A DNA stretch of 64,000 bases from an uncultured Verrucomicrobiales bacterium (lineage in GTDB: Bacteria; Verrucomicrobiota; Verrucomicrobiia; Verrucomicrobiales; DEV007), in NCBI GenBank assembly GCA_938091905.1, contig CALKOM010000026.1, forward strand, positions 1 to 64,000, given 5' to 3'. Each line of letters begins with the position of its first letter. Within the stretch, counting starts at the first letter, position 1. Below are positions 49,705 to 60,600 of the stretch, piece after piece. A program made the translations under genes and the position numbers. The notes beneath the pieces are model-generated. The model ran no database searches and was not told where the DNA came from. It saw nothing but the letters and a program-made list of their open reading frames with translations.

Positions 49705-50016
49705 ATGCCAAAACGTAATAAAAGATGAATACTCTCCGCGCGGTTCAAATTCCGCGTTGCCCTCGAGGCCGCGAAAGGTCTCAGGAGCATCAACGAGATT
49801 GCTGCAGAGCACAAGCTAGCGTCCTCACAAGTCACGGCGTGGAAGAAGGAATTACTCTCCGAAGGTAGCGCTCTCTTTGAGCGCAAGAACGCCAAGAACC
49901 ATGAGATCGACGAGGAGAAAGAGCGCACGGACGCACTGGAACGAACCTTGGGTCGAGTAGTCGTTGAGAAAGAGTTCCTGGTAAAAAAGTGCAAGGAGCT
50001 GGGGATTGAGCCATGA
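49705..50016 (+). pseudogene. IS3 orfA with in-frame TGA at codon 8
   Basis: MPKRNKR*ILSARFKFRVALEAAKG...EIAAEH...QVTAWKKEL...LG....EKEFL.KK. Confidence 0.85.
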
Positions 50017-51216
50017 GAAAGACAATGGTGGAAACAGACCATCCACAGCTCAGCACCCGCAAGCAATGCGAGCTTCTTGGAGTAAATCGCAACCGGCTAA
50101 GGCCAAAGTGTCCGCGCCCATGGCAGCCGAGGACTGAGCACAAAGAAATGTTAGCATTGATCCCGCTGATCCATGCAAAGGATCCCACGATGGGAGCACG
50201 CCAACTAGGTATCGTGCTAGGAAGAAACGACTATCATGCAAGCCGTTGGACGACAGGAAAGATGATGGAACACCTTGGAATCAAGGCCATCTACTGTAGT
50301 CCATGCACGACGCAAGCAGCGCCAGAGAATCCTAAATACCCGTATTTTTGGCTCTCCGTCAGATTGGCTGGGTCAGAAGCGGTCCCCGCTACGGGTTCAG
50401 AGCCAGGGCAGGAGATCGTAACCAGTTGACAATGTCCATCTTAAGCAATCCTGGCCTGCTCGCGAACATCCAAGGAAATGTCCTTCGAACTTTGGGGCAA
50501 GTTGACAGGCAGGTCCGGGATTCCGTGGCAAAATTGCAAGATGCTTGCACTGCAGCCTCGATCACTTTCCCATCGCTTCCCTGGCCCCCTGCCAGGCCTC
50601 AGAAGCATCCAGCAAACTTGACGGAGAGCCGTATTTTTTGCGTAATCGCCAGATCACCAAAGCGGATGAAGTTTGGGCGATCGACATCACTTACATCCCG
50701 TGGAGTCGTGGGCACGTGTACCTAGCAGCGATCATTGATTGGAAAACACGAGCAGTGTTAGCTTGGCGAGTGAACAACACCATGGACGTCGACTTCTGCC
50801 TCGACGTGCTTTGCGAAGCAATCGGAGTTGCCGGTGCGGTTCCAGAGATCATCAACACAGACCAAGGCAGCCAATTCACGGGCGTGGAATGGATCAGCGC
50901 GGTCGAGGACCTCGGAGCGCGAGTGAGCATGGACGGAAAAGGGCGCTGGATGGACAACGTCCTCATCGAGCGTCTGTGGCGAAGTGTGAAACACGAGTGG
51001 GTGTTGCTGCACGAATACAACACGATTCCGGAACTCGAAGCGCTGCTGAGCGAATGGATCGAGCGCTACAACACCTGGAGACCGCACACGGCAAATGGAG
51101 GGGAAACACCTTGGCAGGCCTACCGAGGCCTGCTTCCGAAGCTGGAGCGAGAAGAAGTGAAGGGGGGGACCGAGCAATTGTTAGAATTTCGGTCTCGGTC
51201 TCGGTCTCCATTCTAA
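50013..51216 (+). pseudogene. IS3 orfB DDE transposase interrupted by a MITE
   Basis: LSTRKQCELLG, KYPYF|LR, WAIDITY, NTDQGSQF, SMDGKGRWMDN..IERLWRSVK and YN..RPH. Confidence 0.92.
50350..50630. mobile_element. 281-bp MITE, ISL3-like ends
   Basis: 24-bp terminal IRs starting GGCTCTCCGTCA (20/24 match); 8-bp target duplication GTATTTTT at 50342-50349 and 50631-50638. Confidence 0.92.
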
Positions 51217-51345
51217 CAATTGCCCATCTGTAAGCTTCCGGGATCATTCATTGACAACCAATCTAGCCTGTATTAACAAGACAGCCCTGCTAGGATTCAT
51301 GCTTAAATCCAGCACCTAATTGGCTCCGCTTGCTCAGCAACCTCA

Positions 51346-53201
51346 CACCTTACTTTAATCCTGTGTACCTCGGCTGCGTCCTTGCCATTGTTTGCGGGAT
51401 CCTACCAAAGGGCGCTTTGGCACAACGCCAGATGGAGGTATTGAAGCGAGGAATTGTCGCCGTGAAGCATGAGGATAGCGTGTTTGTGAGTTGGCGACTG
51501 TTCGGAACGGATTCAGAGCGCGTTGCTTTTTATCTCTATCGAAGAACTGGGGAAGGCGAAGCTACAAGGGTAAATCCAAAGCCGATCTCGGGCGCGACTA
51601 ATTTCACCGATTTTGATGGTGACACTAGCAAGGAACTAGATTACTTTGTGCGGCCGATCTTAGATGGTAAGGAGCTTGATGCATCTAACGTCGTTCGGGC
51701 CTGGGATGAACCCTATTTGGAGATCCCGATACGGCCGATCAGAGATTATAATCCAGGCGATGCTTCGATCGCTGATCTAGACGGCGATGGCGAGTATGAG
51801 ATCGTCCTGCATCAAACCTCTCGGGCTCGTGACAATTCACATCCTGGCATTACCGGTAAGCCCATTTTGGATGCCTACGAGTTCGATGGGACTTTTCTGT
51901 GGCGGATCGATCTCGGCATAAATATTCGTGAGGGCGAACATTACACTCAATTCATGGTTTACGATCTGGATGGCGATGGAAGCGCCGAGATGGCTTGCAA
52001 GACGGCGGATGGAACGATTGACGGGGCAGGTAACGTTATTGGCGATGCGAGTAAAGACTGGCGTATCAAGAATGAGGGTGATCGGCGCCATGGCCGGGTT
52101 CTTGACGGGCCAGAGTTTTTAACCATCTTCGATGGAAAGACTGGGGCAGCTCTGAAGACAGTCGATTACATCCCGAGCAGAGCTCCCATCGATGGCTGGG
52201 GAGGGAAGGGCGGTAATGGTGGTAATGATAGCTACGGTAACCGTTGTGATCGGTTTCTCGCCTGCGTGGCCTACCTGGATGGCGACTGGCCTAGTGTGGT
52301 CATGTGTCGTGGCGTTTATGGGCGCACCGTGATGGCGGCGTGGGACTGGCGCGAGGGTGAATTAACCAATCGTTGGACCTTCGATTCGGGGACGAGTTAT
52401 CCTCCTTACGAAGGAGCCTCGTCTTTCTCCGGTATGGGGGGGCACTCACTCTCTGTGGCTGATGTCGATGCTGATGGCAAAGACGAGATCGTTTATCAAG
52501 CAATGGTTATTGATGACAATGGTGAGGGGCTCTACTCGACTGGGAGGCGTCATGGGGACTCTATGCACATCAGTGATTTCTATCCTGATCGGCCTGGGCT
52601 TGAACTGTTCTTGATCACGGAGAATGAAGCTCGAACCGTGGCCTTGCAAACTCCGGGAGCAGGGATGCACGACGCTCGAACGGGAAAGGTGCTTTGGAGC
52701 CACAGCCTCGGAGTGGATGTCAAAGCCGGTCTTGTGGCCGACATCGATCCGCGCCACCCTGGAGCGGAAGCCTGGGGCGGTCCAGGAGGCCTGCGCAATG
52801 CCGCAGGAGAAGATATTGGCCCTTGTCCACAATCTAATGGATTTGCGCTTTGGTGGGATGGGGATCTCCTGCGCGAGTTGTTGGGCCGGGGTTCTTCGAT
52901 CACCAAATGGAACTGGGAAAAGGGCCGAGAAGAGACTTTGTTAGAAACACGCGAAGGCAACGCTGGCCGTCGTCGGGGCAGGCGTCCGAGTCTTACCGGA
53001 GACATCCTAGGAGATTGGCGCGAAGAACTGTTGATTCCTTCTCCCGATGGAAAATCTCTACGGCTCTATACGACAATGATTTCGACGGAACACCGTCTGG
53101 TCACTCTGATGCATGATCCCCAATATCGATTGGGAATGGCTTGGCAGAACGTCGTCTATAACAAACCACCGCATCCAAGTTTCTTTCTAGGCGACAATTA
53201 G
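51346..53201 (+). CDS. rhamnogalacturonan lyase, PL11 (YesW/YesX-like); 5' end abuts the IS3, start uncertain
   Basis: RQME.L.RG, VSWRL, LWRIDLG.NIREG.HYTQFMVYDLDGDG, DR.LA.VAYLDG, HGD..H, DILGDWREE and TLMHDPQYR. Confidence 0.92.
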
Positions 53202-53372
53202 ATCCCTTGTTTCGATGCTAATTCAGGTCCAGCCAGAGGACCATGGCTGTGAACCTCTTTCTTCATTACCAATGGTGGCCTGATTTACACGATCGATCCT
53301 AGTTTCTAGATTCGTTATCGATGATAGGCTCACGGGTGATGTTTTCGGAATCCATATTGACGCTGCTTGCAG

Positions 53373-53894
53373 ATGATTAGTGGTGAGCTTTTTACTCGCA
53401 TCCTCGTCTGGATTGCATTGCTATGTTATAGCGTGTCCGCAGTCACGCTTCTAGTTCGGCGTCAGCACCTGCGATCGCTCGCGCGATGGTGTTGGACCTT
53501 GGGGCTGTTTGCTTACCTCGGTCACGTGGCTGCTGCTTTTCACTATTACTACCAATGGAGCCATGACCTAGGCATCGCAGAGACAGCGAGACAGACGCGC
53601 GAACTCACGGGTAAAGATTCGGGAGCTGGTTTGTATCTGAACTACTTCTTTACCTTGGTTTGGATTGCTGATACGGCGTATTGGTGGGTAGTCGGACTAT
53701 CTGGGTATGCTAGACGTTCTGGATGGATTGACTGGATCATTCATAGTTTTTTTATCTTCATGATTGTAAACGGGGCTGTGGTGTTTGCGCGAGGACCTGT
53801 GCGCTGGCTAGGCGCAGCGATTCTCCTTTTACTGCTTGGTGTTGGCGTCTATGTGAAGCTGTGCAAATCGAGAAGCGCCGATCCTCATGAGTAA
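53373..53894 (+). CDS. hypothetical multi-pass membrane protein
   Basis: About 5 TM helices with motifs HVAAAFH.Y.WSH and G...NY.FT.VW. Confidence 0.78.
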   Translation: MISGELFTRILVWIALLCYSVSAVTLLVRRQHLRSLARWCWTLGLFAYLGHVAAAFHYYYQWSHDLGIAETARQTRELTGKDSGAGLYLNYFFTLVWIADTAYWWVVGLSGYARRSGWIDWIIHSFFIFMIVNGAVVFARGPVRWLGAAILLLLLGVGVYVKLCKSRSADPHE

Positions 53895-55098
53895 GCGTCC
53901 ATATTATGGATGGGTGATTGTCGTGTTGGCCGCGATGAGCATGGTAGCTACGTTACCTGGGAGAACGGTGGGGCTTGGGCTGATCACCGAACCACTGCTT
54001 CTTGATCTCGACTTAGAACGCACAAAGTTCGCCAAGATCAATGTTATCGCTACGCTGATCGGAAGTTTGTTTGCCCTAGCGGCGGGCCCCCTCACCGATC
54101 GCTTGGGTCTTCGCGTGATGCTTTCGTCTATCCTTCTTATTCTCGGGAGTACGGTCCTAACGATGAGCCAGATGGTTAGTGCAGGCACAGTCACCCTATT
54201 TCTCATTCTCATCAGGGGATTTGGGCAGAGTGCACTCTCGACAACGAGTATCACGAGCGTGGGCAAGTGGTTCACGAAACGATTGGCGATAGCGATGGGA
54301 GTGTTCTCATTGCTGGTTGCTATCGGGTTTAGTGTGGCGATCGTGAGCATTCAGTCACAGATCGAATCACTGGGGTGGAGACACGTTTGGATTGTCGTTG
54401 GTGTTGCCGTACTTATACTAGGTGGCATCAGTGCGCTCATCGCTCGGCGGGGGCCTAAGCCAGCGGATTCCCCGGTTGATGGCCCATCTCTGTCGAGTTT
54501 AGATGAGCCTCGCCCTGACTTGAGATTGAGTGAAGCACTGCAGACGCCGTGTTTTTGGATGTTTGGAATAGCGATGGCGCTCTACAGTGGTGTCCTAGCA
54601 GGTGTAAGTCTGTTCAATCAGTCGATTCTCCAGGAACTTGGTTTTGGTGTAACAACTTTCCGATATGCCATGGCTGGTCTCATGAGCGCAGGTCTGATCG
54701 GAAACCTCCTTGCCGCGTGGGCAACCCGATACTTGTCGCTTCCAAGGATCGTTGCGTTGAGCCTTTGGGTGCTTGCTTTAGTCTTGCTCACATACCCCCG
54801 ATTGCAGACAGCCTCGCAGGTCATTTCTCATGCAAGCCTCTACGGATTCTGTGGGGGCGTCTTCTCGGTCGTCTATTTTACGGGTTTTGGGCACGCGTTT
54901 GGGCGGATCCACTTGGGAAAAATTCAAGGTTGTGCCCAAGTCATGACCGTCGTCGCGTCAGCGTTAGGTCCATGGTGGCTGGCGAGTGTGAAAGAGGCCA
55001 CAGGGAGCTACTTTCCTATGATGATCTATTTGGCGCCGGTCTTTGCGCTACTGGGTGTCATGGGCTGGTTGACCAAACTTCCGAGGCGGTCTTTGTGA
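53887..55098 (+). CDS. MFS transporter
   Basis: YYGW, GPLTDRLGLR, RGFGQSAL, KWF and FGRIHLGKIQG. Confidence 0.9.
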   Translation: MSKRPYYGWVIVVLAAMSMVATLPGRTVGLGLITEPLLLDLDLERTKFAKINVIATLIGSLFALAAGPLTDRLGLRVMLSSILLILGSTVLTMSQMVSAGTVTLFLILIRGFGQSALSTTSITSVGKWFTKRLAIAMGVFSLLVAIGFSVAIVSIQSQIESLGWRHVWIVVGVAVLILGGISALIARRGPKPADSPVDGPSLSSLDEPRPDLRLSEALQTPCFWMFGIAMALYSGVLAGVSLFNQSILQELGFGVTTFRYAMAGLMSAGLIGNLLAAWATRYLSLPRIVALSLWVLALVLLTYPRLQTASQVISHASLYGFCGGVFSVVYFTGFGHAFGRIHLGKIQGCAQVMTVVASALGPWWLASVKEATGSYFPMMIYLAPVFALLGVMGWLTKLPRRSL

Positions 55099-56381
55099 GA
55101 ATCGTGTATCTGAGCGCAGGTGCTGGTGGAATGTATTGTGGCAGCTGTCTCCGCGACCAGACATTGGTTTCTGGACTGCGCAGGTCGGGCCATGACGTGA
55201 CTTTGTTGCCGCTTTATACGCCGATACGCACCGACGAGGCGGACATTTCGGAATCCAGGGTCTTCTACGGTGGTGTAAATGTTTACCTACAGCAGTGTTT
55301 CCCTTGGTTGCGCCACATGCCTCGATGCATCGACGGATGGCTAAACAGGCCAGGGATTCTCAGAAAGCTTGTGCGGAATCCAACCGGTATGAAGCCCGGA
55401 GCAATTGGGGCACTTACACTATCCATGTTGGCTGGCCACGATGGTCGGCAGAAGAAGGAGCTTGCGCGGCTCGTTGAATGGCTCGGGGCGAGACCTGCCG
55501 GACCACCTGAAATCGTGAACCTCTCGAATCTTCTGATCGCCGGCTGCGTTCCCGTGTTGCGGGCAACTCTTCGATCCAAATTCGTCGTGACACTGCAAGG
55601 AGATGATTTTTTTCTGGAGGGCCTGCCAAGAGCGGTCCGAGATGAAGTGCTACTTCGCTTTCGAGCACTGGCACCCTTGATCGACCGTTTTATCGTCTAC
55701 AGTCAATTCTATGCGGACAAGATGAGTTCGATGTTGGGCATTGAAAGCGATAGGATTAGTCTGGTTCCTCTGGGAATTGAGTTAACGAATAGCCGAACGA
55801 CTCGATCCTCTGACCGTCCGCCTACGATTGGTTATTTCGCGCGTATCTGCCCTCACAAAGGTTTTCACCTGTTAGTGGACGCCTTTCTCGAAGTTCGTAA
55901 GGTTCCTGCACTCAAAGATTGCCGATTGCATGTGGCAGGCTGGATGGGGAAACAAGATCGACCTTACTTCGAAGAACAAGTAGCGAAGATCCGGAGTCAT
56001 GGTGCGATGGGGGCATTCCATCACGCAGGCTCGCCAGATCGAGATGGCAAATACTCCTTTTTCTCCGGGCTCGATGTCTTTTCCGTACCTAGTGTCTACG
56101 AGGAACCCAAAGGGCTTTCTTCATTGGAAGCGATGGCTGTTGGAATTCCGTGTGTGCTACCAGATTCCGGAATCTATCCTGAAGTCATCCAGGAAACTCA
56201 GGGAGGTTATCTGCACCGTCCTAACGATGTCATGGACCTCGCTCGCAAACTCATCGATCTCCTTCAAGATCCGGAAGGGCGCTATAAGATGGGCGTGGAC
56301 GCTCAGCTGAACATTGAGAAGCATCATCAGACCGAGCACATGGCTGAGGCAGTGTTTGCGGTGTATCGTAGCTTGTTCTAG
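55095..56381 (+). CDS. glycosyltransferase family 4 (GT-B)
   Basis: GTG start overlaps the MFS stop; AGAGGMYCGSCLRD, R..P.KG and EPKGLSSLEAMAVG. Confidence 0.9.
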   Translation: MRIVYLSAGAGGMYCGSCLRDQTLVSGLRRSGHDVTLLPLYTPIRTDEADISESRVFYGGVNVYLQQCFPWLRHMPRCIDGWLNRPGILRKLVRNPTGMKPGAIGALTLSMLAGHDGRQKKELARLVEWLGARPAGPPEIVNLSNLLIAGCVPVLRATLRSKFVVTLQGDDFFLEGLPRAVRDEVLLRFRALAPLIDRFIVYSQFYADKMSSMLGIESDRISLVPLGIELTNSRTTRSSDRPPTIGYFARICPHKGFHLLVDAFLEVRKVPALKDCRLHVAGWMGKQDRPYFEEQVAKIRSHGAMGAFHHAGSPDRDGKYSFFSGLDVFSVPSVYEEPKGLSSLEAMAVGIPCVLPDSGIYPEVIQETQGGYLHRPNDVMDLARKLIDLLQDPEGRYKMGVDAQLNIEKHHQTEHMAEAVFAVYRSLF

Positions 56382-56504
56382 CCAGGACCTTGCTAATTCG
56401 AGATGATCAGAATACTGGAGAGCGAGACAATTCTCTCTGAACTTCCAAATTTAAGGTGTTGATAGAAGAATGCGCTGGTTTAGTAGATTCAACATGCACA
56501 ATTG

Positions 56505-57488
56505 ATGAAAAGTATAATCATTTGCCTCCTGGGCTCAGCTCTGTTTCTGCTGGCTCAAATGCCTAACACATCCAGCGAATCTTTACCGCGGGATTTGGCA
56601 GAGGATGTGGTCAAGGAAGTGAACCGTGATCAGGTCAAGATTGCGGCAGTACAAATCAGTGGTTACGACAAGGGCGACGAGCGGCGCGAAGGCTATGATG
56701 CTGCCGATGAGCTTATCCCCTATATTGGGAGAGCGGGGGAAGATGAAGCTCAGTTGGTGGTCTTCCCAGAATACATCCTTGGTCATATTAAGGTTCCGAG
56801 TTCATCGACTGAGAAGATTGCCACGGCTGCGGCTAAGCATAGCATTTATGTCATTGTGGGCTGTTGGGAAGTCTATAACGATGATACTTTTGCTAACACA
56901 GCGCTGTTTTTTGACAGAGACGGAAAGATCATGGGGAAATACTACAAGACCCATGCTGCGGTGGATCACTACGAAGGGACACCAGCGTGGTCACGGCCTC
57001 CCTCTGACAAGAGCCGCGAATGGTTTCTCAAGAACGATCCGGAGTGGATCATGAACCGTGGCAATGACCTCCCCGTCTTCGAGTTTGATTTTGGCAGGGT
57101 GGGCATCCTCACATGCTATGATGGTTGGTTCCCTGAACCCTTCCAGGTTCTCTCGCTCAAGGGCGCAGAGCTCATTGTCTGGATCAATGGGCGTGGCGGT
57201 TCCGTCGAAGACTTTATCATGAAGACGGCTATGTTTCAGAGTCACGTTGCCATGGTGACTGCGAATCAGGCATACGGAAGTGGCACTATGATCGGTGATC
57301 CGTCGAAATGGCCAACCCGTATCCTTGCTCGTTGCCCTGACAAAAGTGAGGCTTACATCTCAGCAACGATTGATCTCAGGAGAATCCGCAAGATCCGGTC
57401 CACGAGTCGCAATTTCCAGGAACGACGACCGGAGTTGTACGGAAAAGCCGTCGAGCCGATGAGTAACAATGGGCCCTGTAATAGTTGA
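56505..57488 (+). CDS. exported carbon-nitrogen hydrolase (nitrilase superfamily)
   Basis: E-K-C triad in VVFPEY, YYKTH and LTCYD; signal peptide. Confidence 0.92.
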   Translation: MKSIIICLLGSALFLLAQMPNTSSESLPRDLAEDVVKEVNRDQVKIAAVQISGYDKGDERREGYDAADELIPYIGRAGEDEAQLVVFPEYILGHIKVPSSSTEKIATAAAKHSIYVIVGCWEVYNDDTFANTALFFDRDGKIMGKYYKTHAAVDHYEGTPAWSRPPSDKSREWFLKNDPEWIMNRGNDLPVFEFDFGRVGILTCYDGWFPEPFQVLSLKGAELIVWINGRGGSVEDFIMKTAMFQSHVAMVTANQAYGSGTMIGDPSKWPTRILARCPDKSEAYISATIDLRRIRKIRSTSRNFQERRPELYGKAVEPMSNNGPCNS

Positions 57489-57626
57489 AATCGGTTAGGT
57501 GAGGCTTCAATTTCGGATGGCGTGGTTTTGTCCGCACTGTTATTAATTAAGAAGGCTGTTTTTGCAGAGAAATCCTCACCATAACAATTCGGATTCTACG
57601 GAGGATCGGCCTCCAGAATAGGATAG

Positions 57627-57645
57627 AAACCGGCTTCGCCGGTTT
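57627..57645. terminator. hairpin between convergent genes (probable terminator)
   Basis: AAACCGGC-TTC-GCCGGTTT. Confidence 0.55.
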
Positions 57646-57667
57646 GTTGACAGAACCTATTTGGTTT

Positions 57668-60600
57668 CTAAGGCGTTACTTTTGGGTGGCGCACGAGGAG
57701 GCGGTTTCCTTTGATGGCACTTAGTTGCACACTGGAATGCTGGCCGTCGGGCCAACGTATGTCGACTCGGTCTGGAGTCGAGCCTTGCGGAACACCAAAG
57801 AACGCCATAGCGGGATTCTGAGATAGGTAACTCCCACCAGCCTGGATTTCAGTGGTTTGTGTGGGGCCGTTCTTGCTAAAGAGCTTTAAACGAGCTCCAA
57901 TGCCTGTGGGATTCCCCGGAAGACCTTGGAGGCGGAGACTGATGGTGTGGTTCGGCGCGTTGCCTCGATTGATGAACGTGATTATGGGCCCGCTATTGCA
58001 AGCGGCGATCAGGTCCACCCAGCCATCACGGTTGAGATCGACGACACCCAAGCTCTTGCCATCTCCACTGACGGTGAGGCCGCTTTCGTGTGTAGGCACG
58101 GGGCCGAATGTGCCATCACCTCGACCTCGCAGGAGCTGGCTGAGGCCGCCATCGGTGCGACCGGTCTCGGGCTGAGGGCTGTAGGTGTTGTGAAGTAGGT
58201 AGATGTCAGGGTGGCCGTCACCGTCAATTTCGGTGATGGTGACACCAAAGGCGGATGAAATCTGCGCAATGCGGGGAAGAGGCGAGAAGGTGAATTTGCC
58301 TTGGCCGTCATTGAGGAGCGCACCAGATCGGAGTTCGACGGCATTGAAGGTTTTCGCCTTCTTTAAGCGGGCTGGTGTGTATATTTCTGTCAGGGTGGCG
58401 GAGGCGAAACTTTTGAAGGAAGGGAAGCGTGACCGGATCTCGGGCATGGCATTCTGGGAACAACTCTTGCCTCTAATGGGCAGCCATGTGTTCCCGTAGA
58501 CTTTGGCTTCGATGATCTGGGAAGAGCCGCTACCGTCCATGTCACCGTAGTAGAGACGCGCCGGATGGCTGGGATCGGCGTGGTACTTGGTGTTGAGCCC
58601 AGCGTTTGTAATCACGTAATCCATGGCACCATCATGATTGAGGTCGCCAGTGGCGATGCCGTTCCACCAACCAGTCAGTTTTTTTAAGCCTGCCGCATCG
58701 CTGGTGTCTGTCAGTGTTCCTTTATTATTCTGTAGGAGTAAAGGCGCGCCCCATTCACGGAGAACGAAGAGATCGAGCCAGCCGTCATTGTTTGCATCGC
58801 TCCAGACAGCGCTAGTGACCATGCCGGCGCTCAGCAAAGACTTGGCGACTTTGCTTGTGACGTCAGTGAAGCTTCCTTTGTCGTTGCGTAGCAATTGACT
58901 GGACTCGGAGAGCGGGTAAGCGCCTGGGCGAACGCGGGTACCTACGAAGACGTCGAGATCGCCGTCGCGATCGAAGTCCGCTGAGACTGCCACGCTACTG
59001 CTAGTGCGAGTGTCAGGCCATTGACCCTTCGGTGCGGGCTTGAAGTTGCCTGAACCGTTGTTCAAGTAGAGGCGATCTTGGTAGGCTTGGCTCTTGATGT
59101 CGGCTTCGATACCACCGCTGGTCACAAGCAAGTCCAGGTCGCCATCGCCATCAGCGTCGAAGAGCAGTGGGGACATGTCTTCACTGGCGGCATGCGCATC
59201 GAAAGAAGGGTTTGCCATTACTTTGAAGCCAACGGGCAGCGTTTGAACGACGGTCGTGGCGTGCCTGGTTGGGCGTCCGAGAACGAGGTCGTCATCTCCG
59301 TCGTTGTCGAGATCTCCCCAGGCCTGCCCGGGGCCGAGTTGTGAGAGTTTGTTGGGTAGAAGTGGCTCGCGGGCGAAGTCGTCGAAGGGTTTCTCTGCAA
59401 TCGCCGCTCCCCGAAGCGCGTCGGAAACGACGAATAGGGTTTCAGTCGAGTTGTTGGGTTCCTTTGTGCCCTTGGTTTCCCTAATGGTGTGATGGTGACC
59501 GGCTTTGAGATTGGTTAGGGTTTGATGCGTGCCGCTGGGCCACTCGATGGTAAGGTCAAATTGGGTGCTTTTGCCAAGGCCGATAGCGATCATGTGGGCA
59601 TTTGCTGACATGAAGCCTCGTGTGATGGTATGGTATTTGGTTTGTTTGCCAGAGGTGGCATTGATCTTGAAGAGAGCTCCGAGGCCATCGCGATTACTTT
59701 CTCTACCTTGCAATGAGATCAGCGCTAACTGATTCTCATGACTGTTGTTGTGATAGAGACTGGCGGCTTCATCGAAATTATTCACGACGAGGTCGAGATC
59801 ACCGTCTAGATCGAGGTCGCCAAGAGCAGCGCCATAGCTGACTTTGGCAGCGCTCAACCCCCAAGCCTTGCTGACGTTTTCAAAATTGAGGTCACCAAGA
59901 TTGCGATAGGCAAGGTTGGGATCGTTGCGGACGGGAGAGGGAAGCCAGACCTTCTTTAACTCTGGTGTGTTGATGCGTTGCGCGCCACGGGCGGCATACA
60001 TGATGTCGCTGTTGTCCCAATAGCGCTCCGCGCCATTGGTGACGTAGAGATCTTCTTTGCCATCACTGTCAAGATCTCCAAATTTGAGCGACCATGTCCA
60101 ATCGGTGGATGCCACGCCCGCGAGGAACGCACCTTCTTGAAAGCGGGAGGTGCCGGAATTGATATAAAGGGCATTGCGCATGTACTGCCGAGGAACCGCC
60201 GTCTCAAGAAACCAGCCCTGCATGTCGCCCATAGAAATCTTCTGCTTGTAATGCGTCGTGCCTTGCATGTCGGAAGCCATGAAATCTAGCCAGCCGTCAT
60301 TGTTCACATCGGCGACGTCACTGCCCATGGAGAACCAGGGGGTGTGGGGGAGGGCGAGCTTGTTCACATTGGTGAAGGTGCCGTCACCATTGTTGCGATA
60401 GAGGTGATCCGAGCCGTAGAAGTCGTTCGAATTGTATAGATCGGGATCGCCGTCGTGATCGAAGTCCCACCAGGTGCAAGAGAGGCCGAAGTCTTCGTCG
60501 TGAATGCCCGCTTTGGCGGAAACGTCTGAGAAGGTGCCGTCCCCGTTGTTCTGATAAAGAATGTCGCTTTCGCCTGCGGGAATCAGCATCCCATCTTTGA

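Larger units (their letters stand above)
49617..51345 (+). mobile_element. full-length but inactivated IS3-family element
   Basis: IRL TGAGGTGGCTGGTCAAAACGGAGCCAAT and IRR (rev-comp) TGAGGTTGCTGAGCAAGCGGAGCCAAT; orfA, A_AAA_AAG signal at 49983-49989, and a DDE orfB. Confidence 0.93.

Noticed and set aside
5918..49730. Stop-codon reassignment explaining the in-frame stops
   Set aside because: The internal stops are a mix of TAG, TAA and TGA, occur together with frameshifts, and all three codons end intact genes.
51190..51207. CGGTCT x3 microsatellite
   Set aside because: It lies in the tail of a dead transposase and has no evident function.
54549..55094. Long N-terminal extension of the GT4 ORF (likewise the extended starts at 2023, 10661, 24620, 24900, 31322 and 62707)
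   Set aside because: They overlap neighbouring real genes; downstream starts match the family N-termini.
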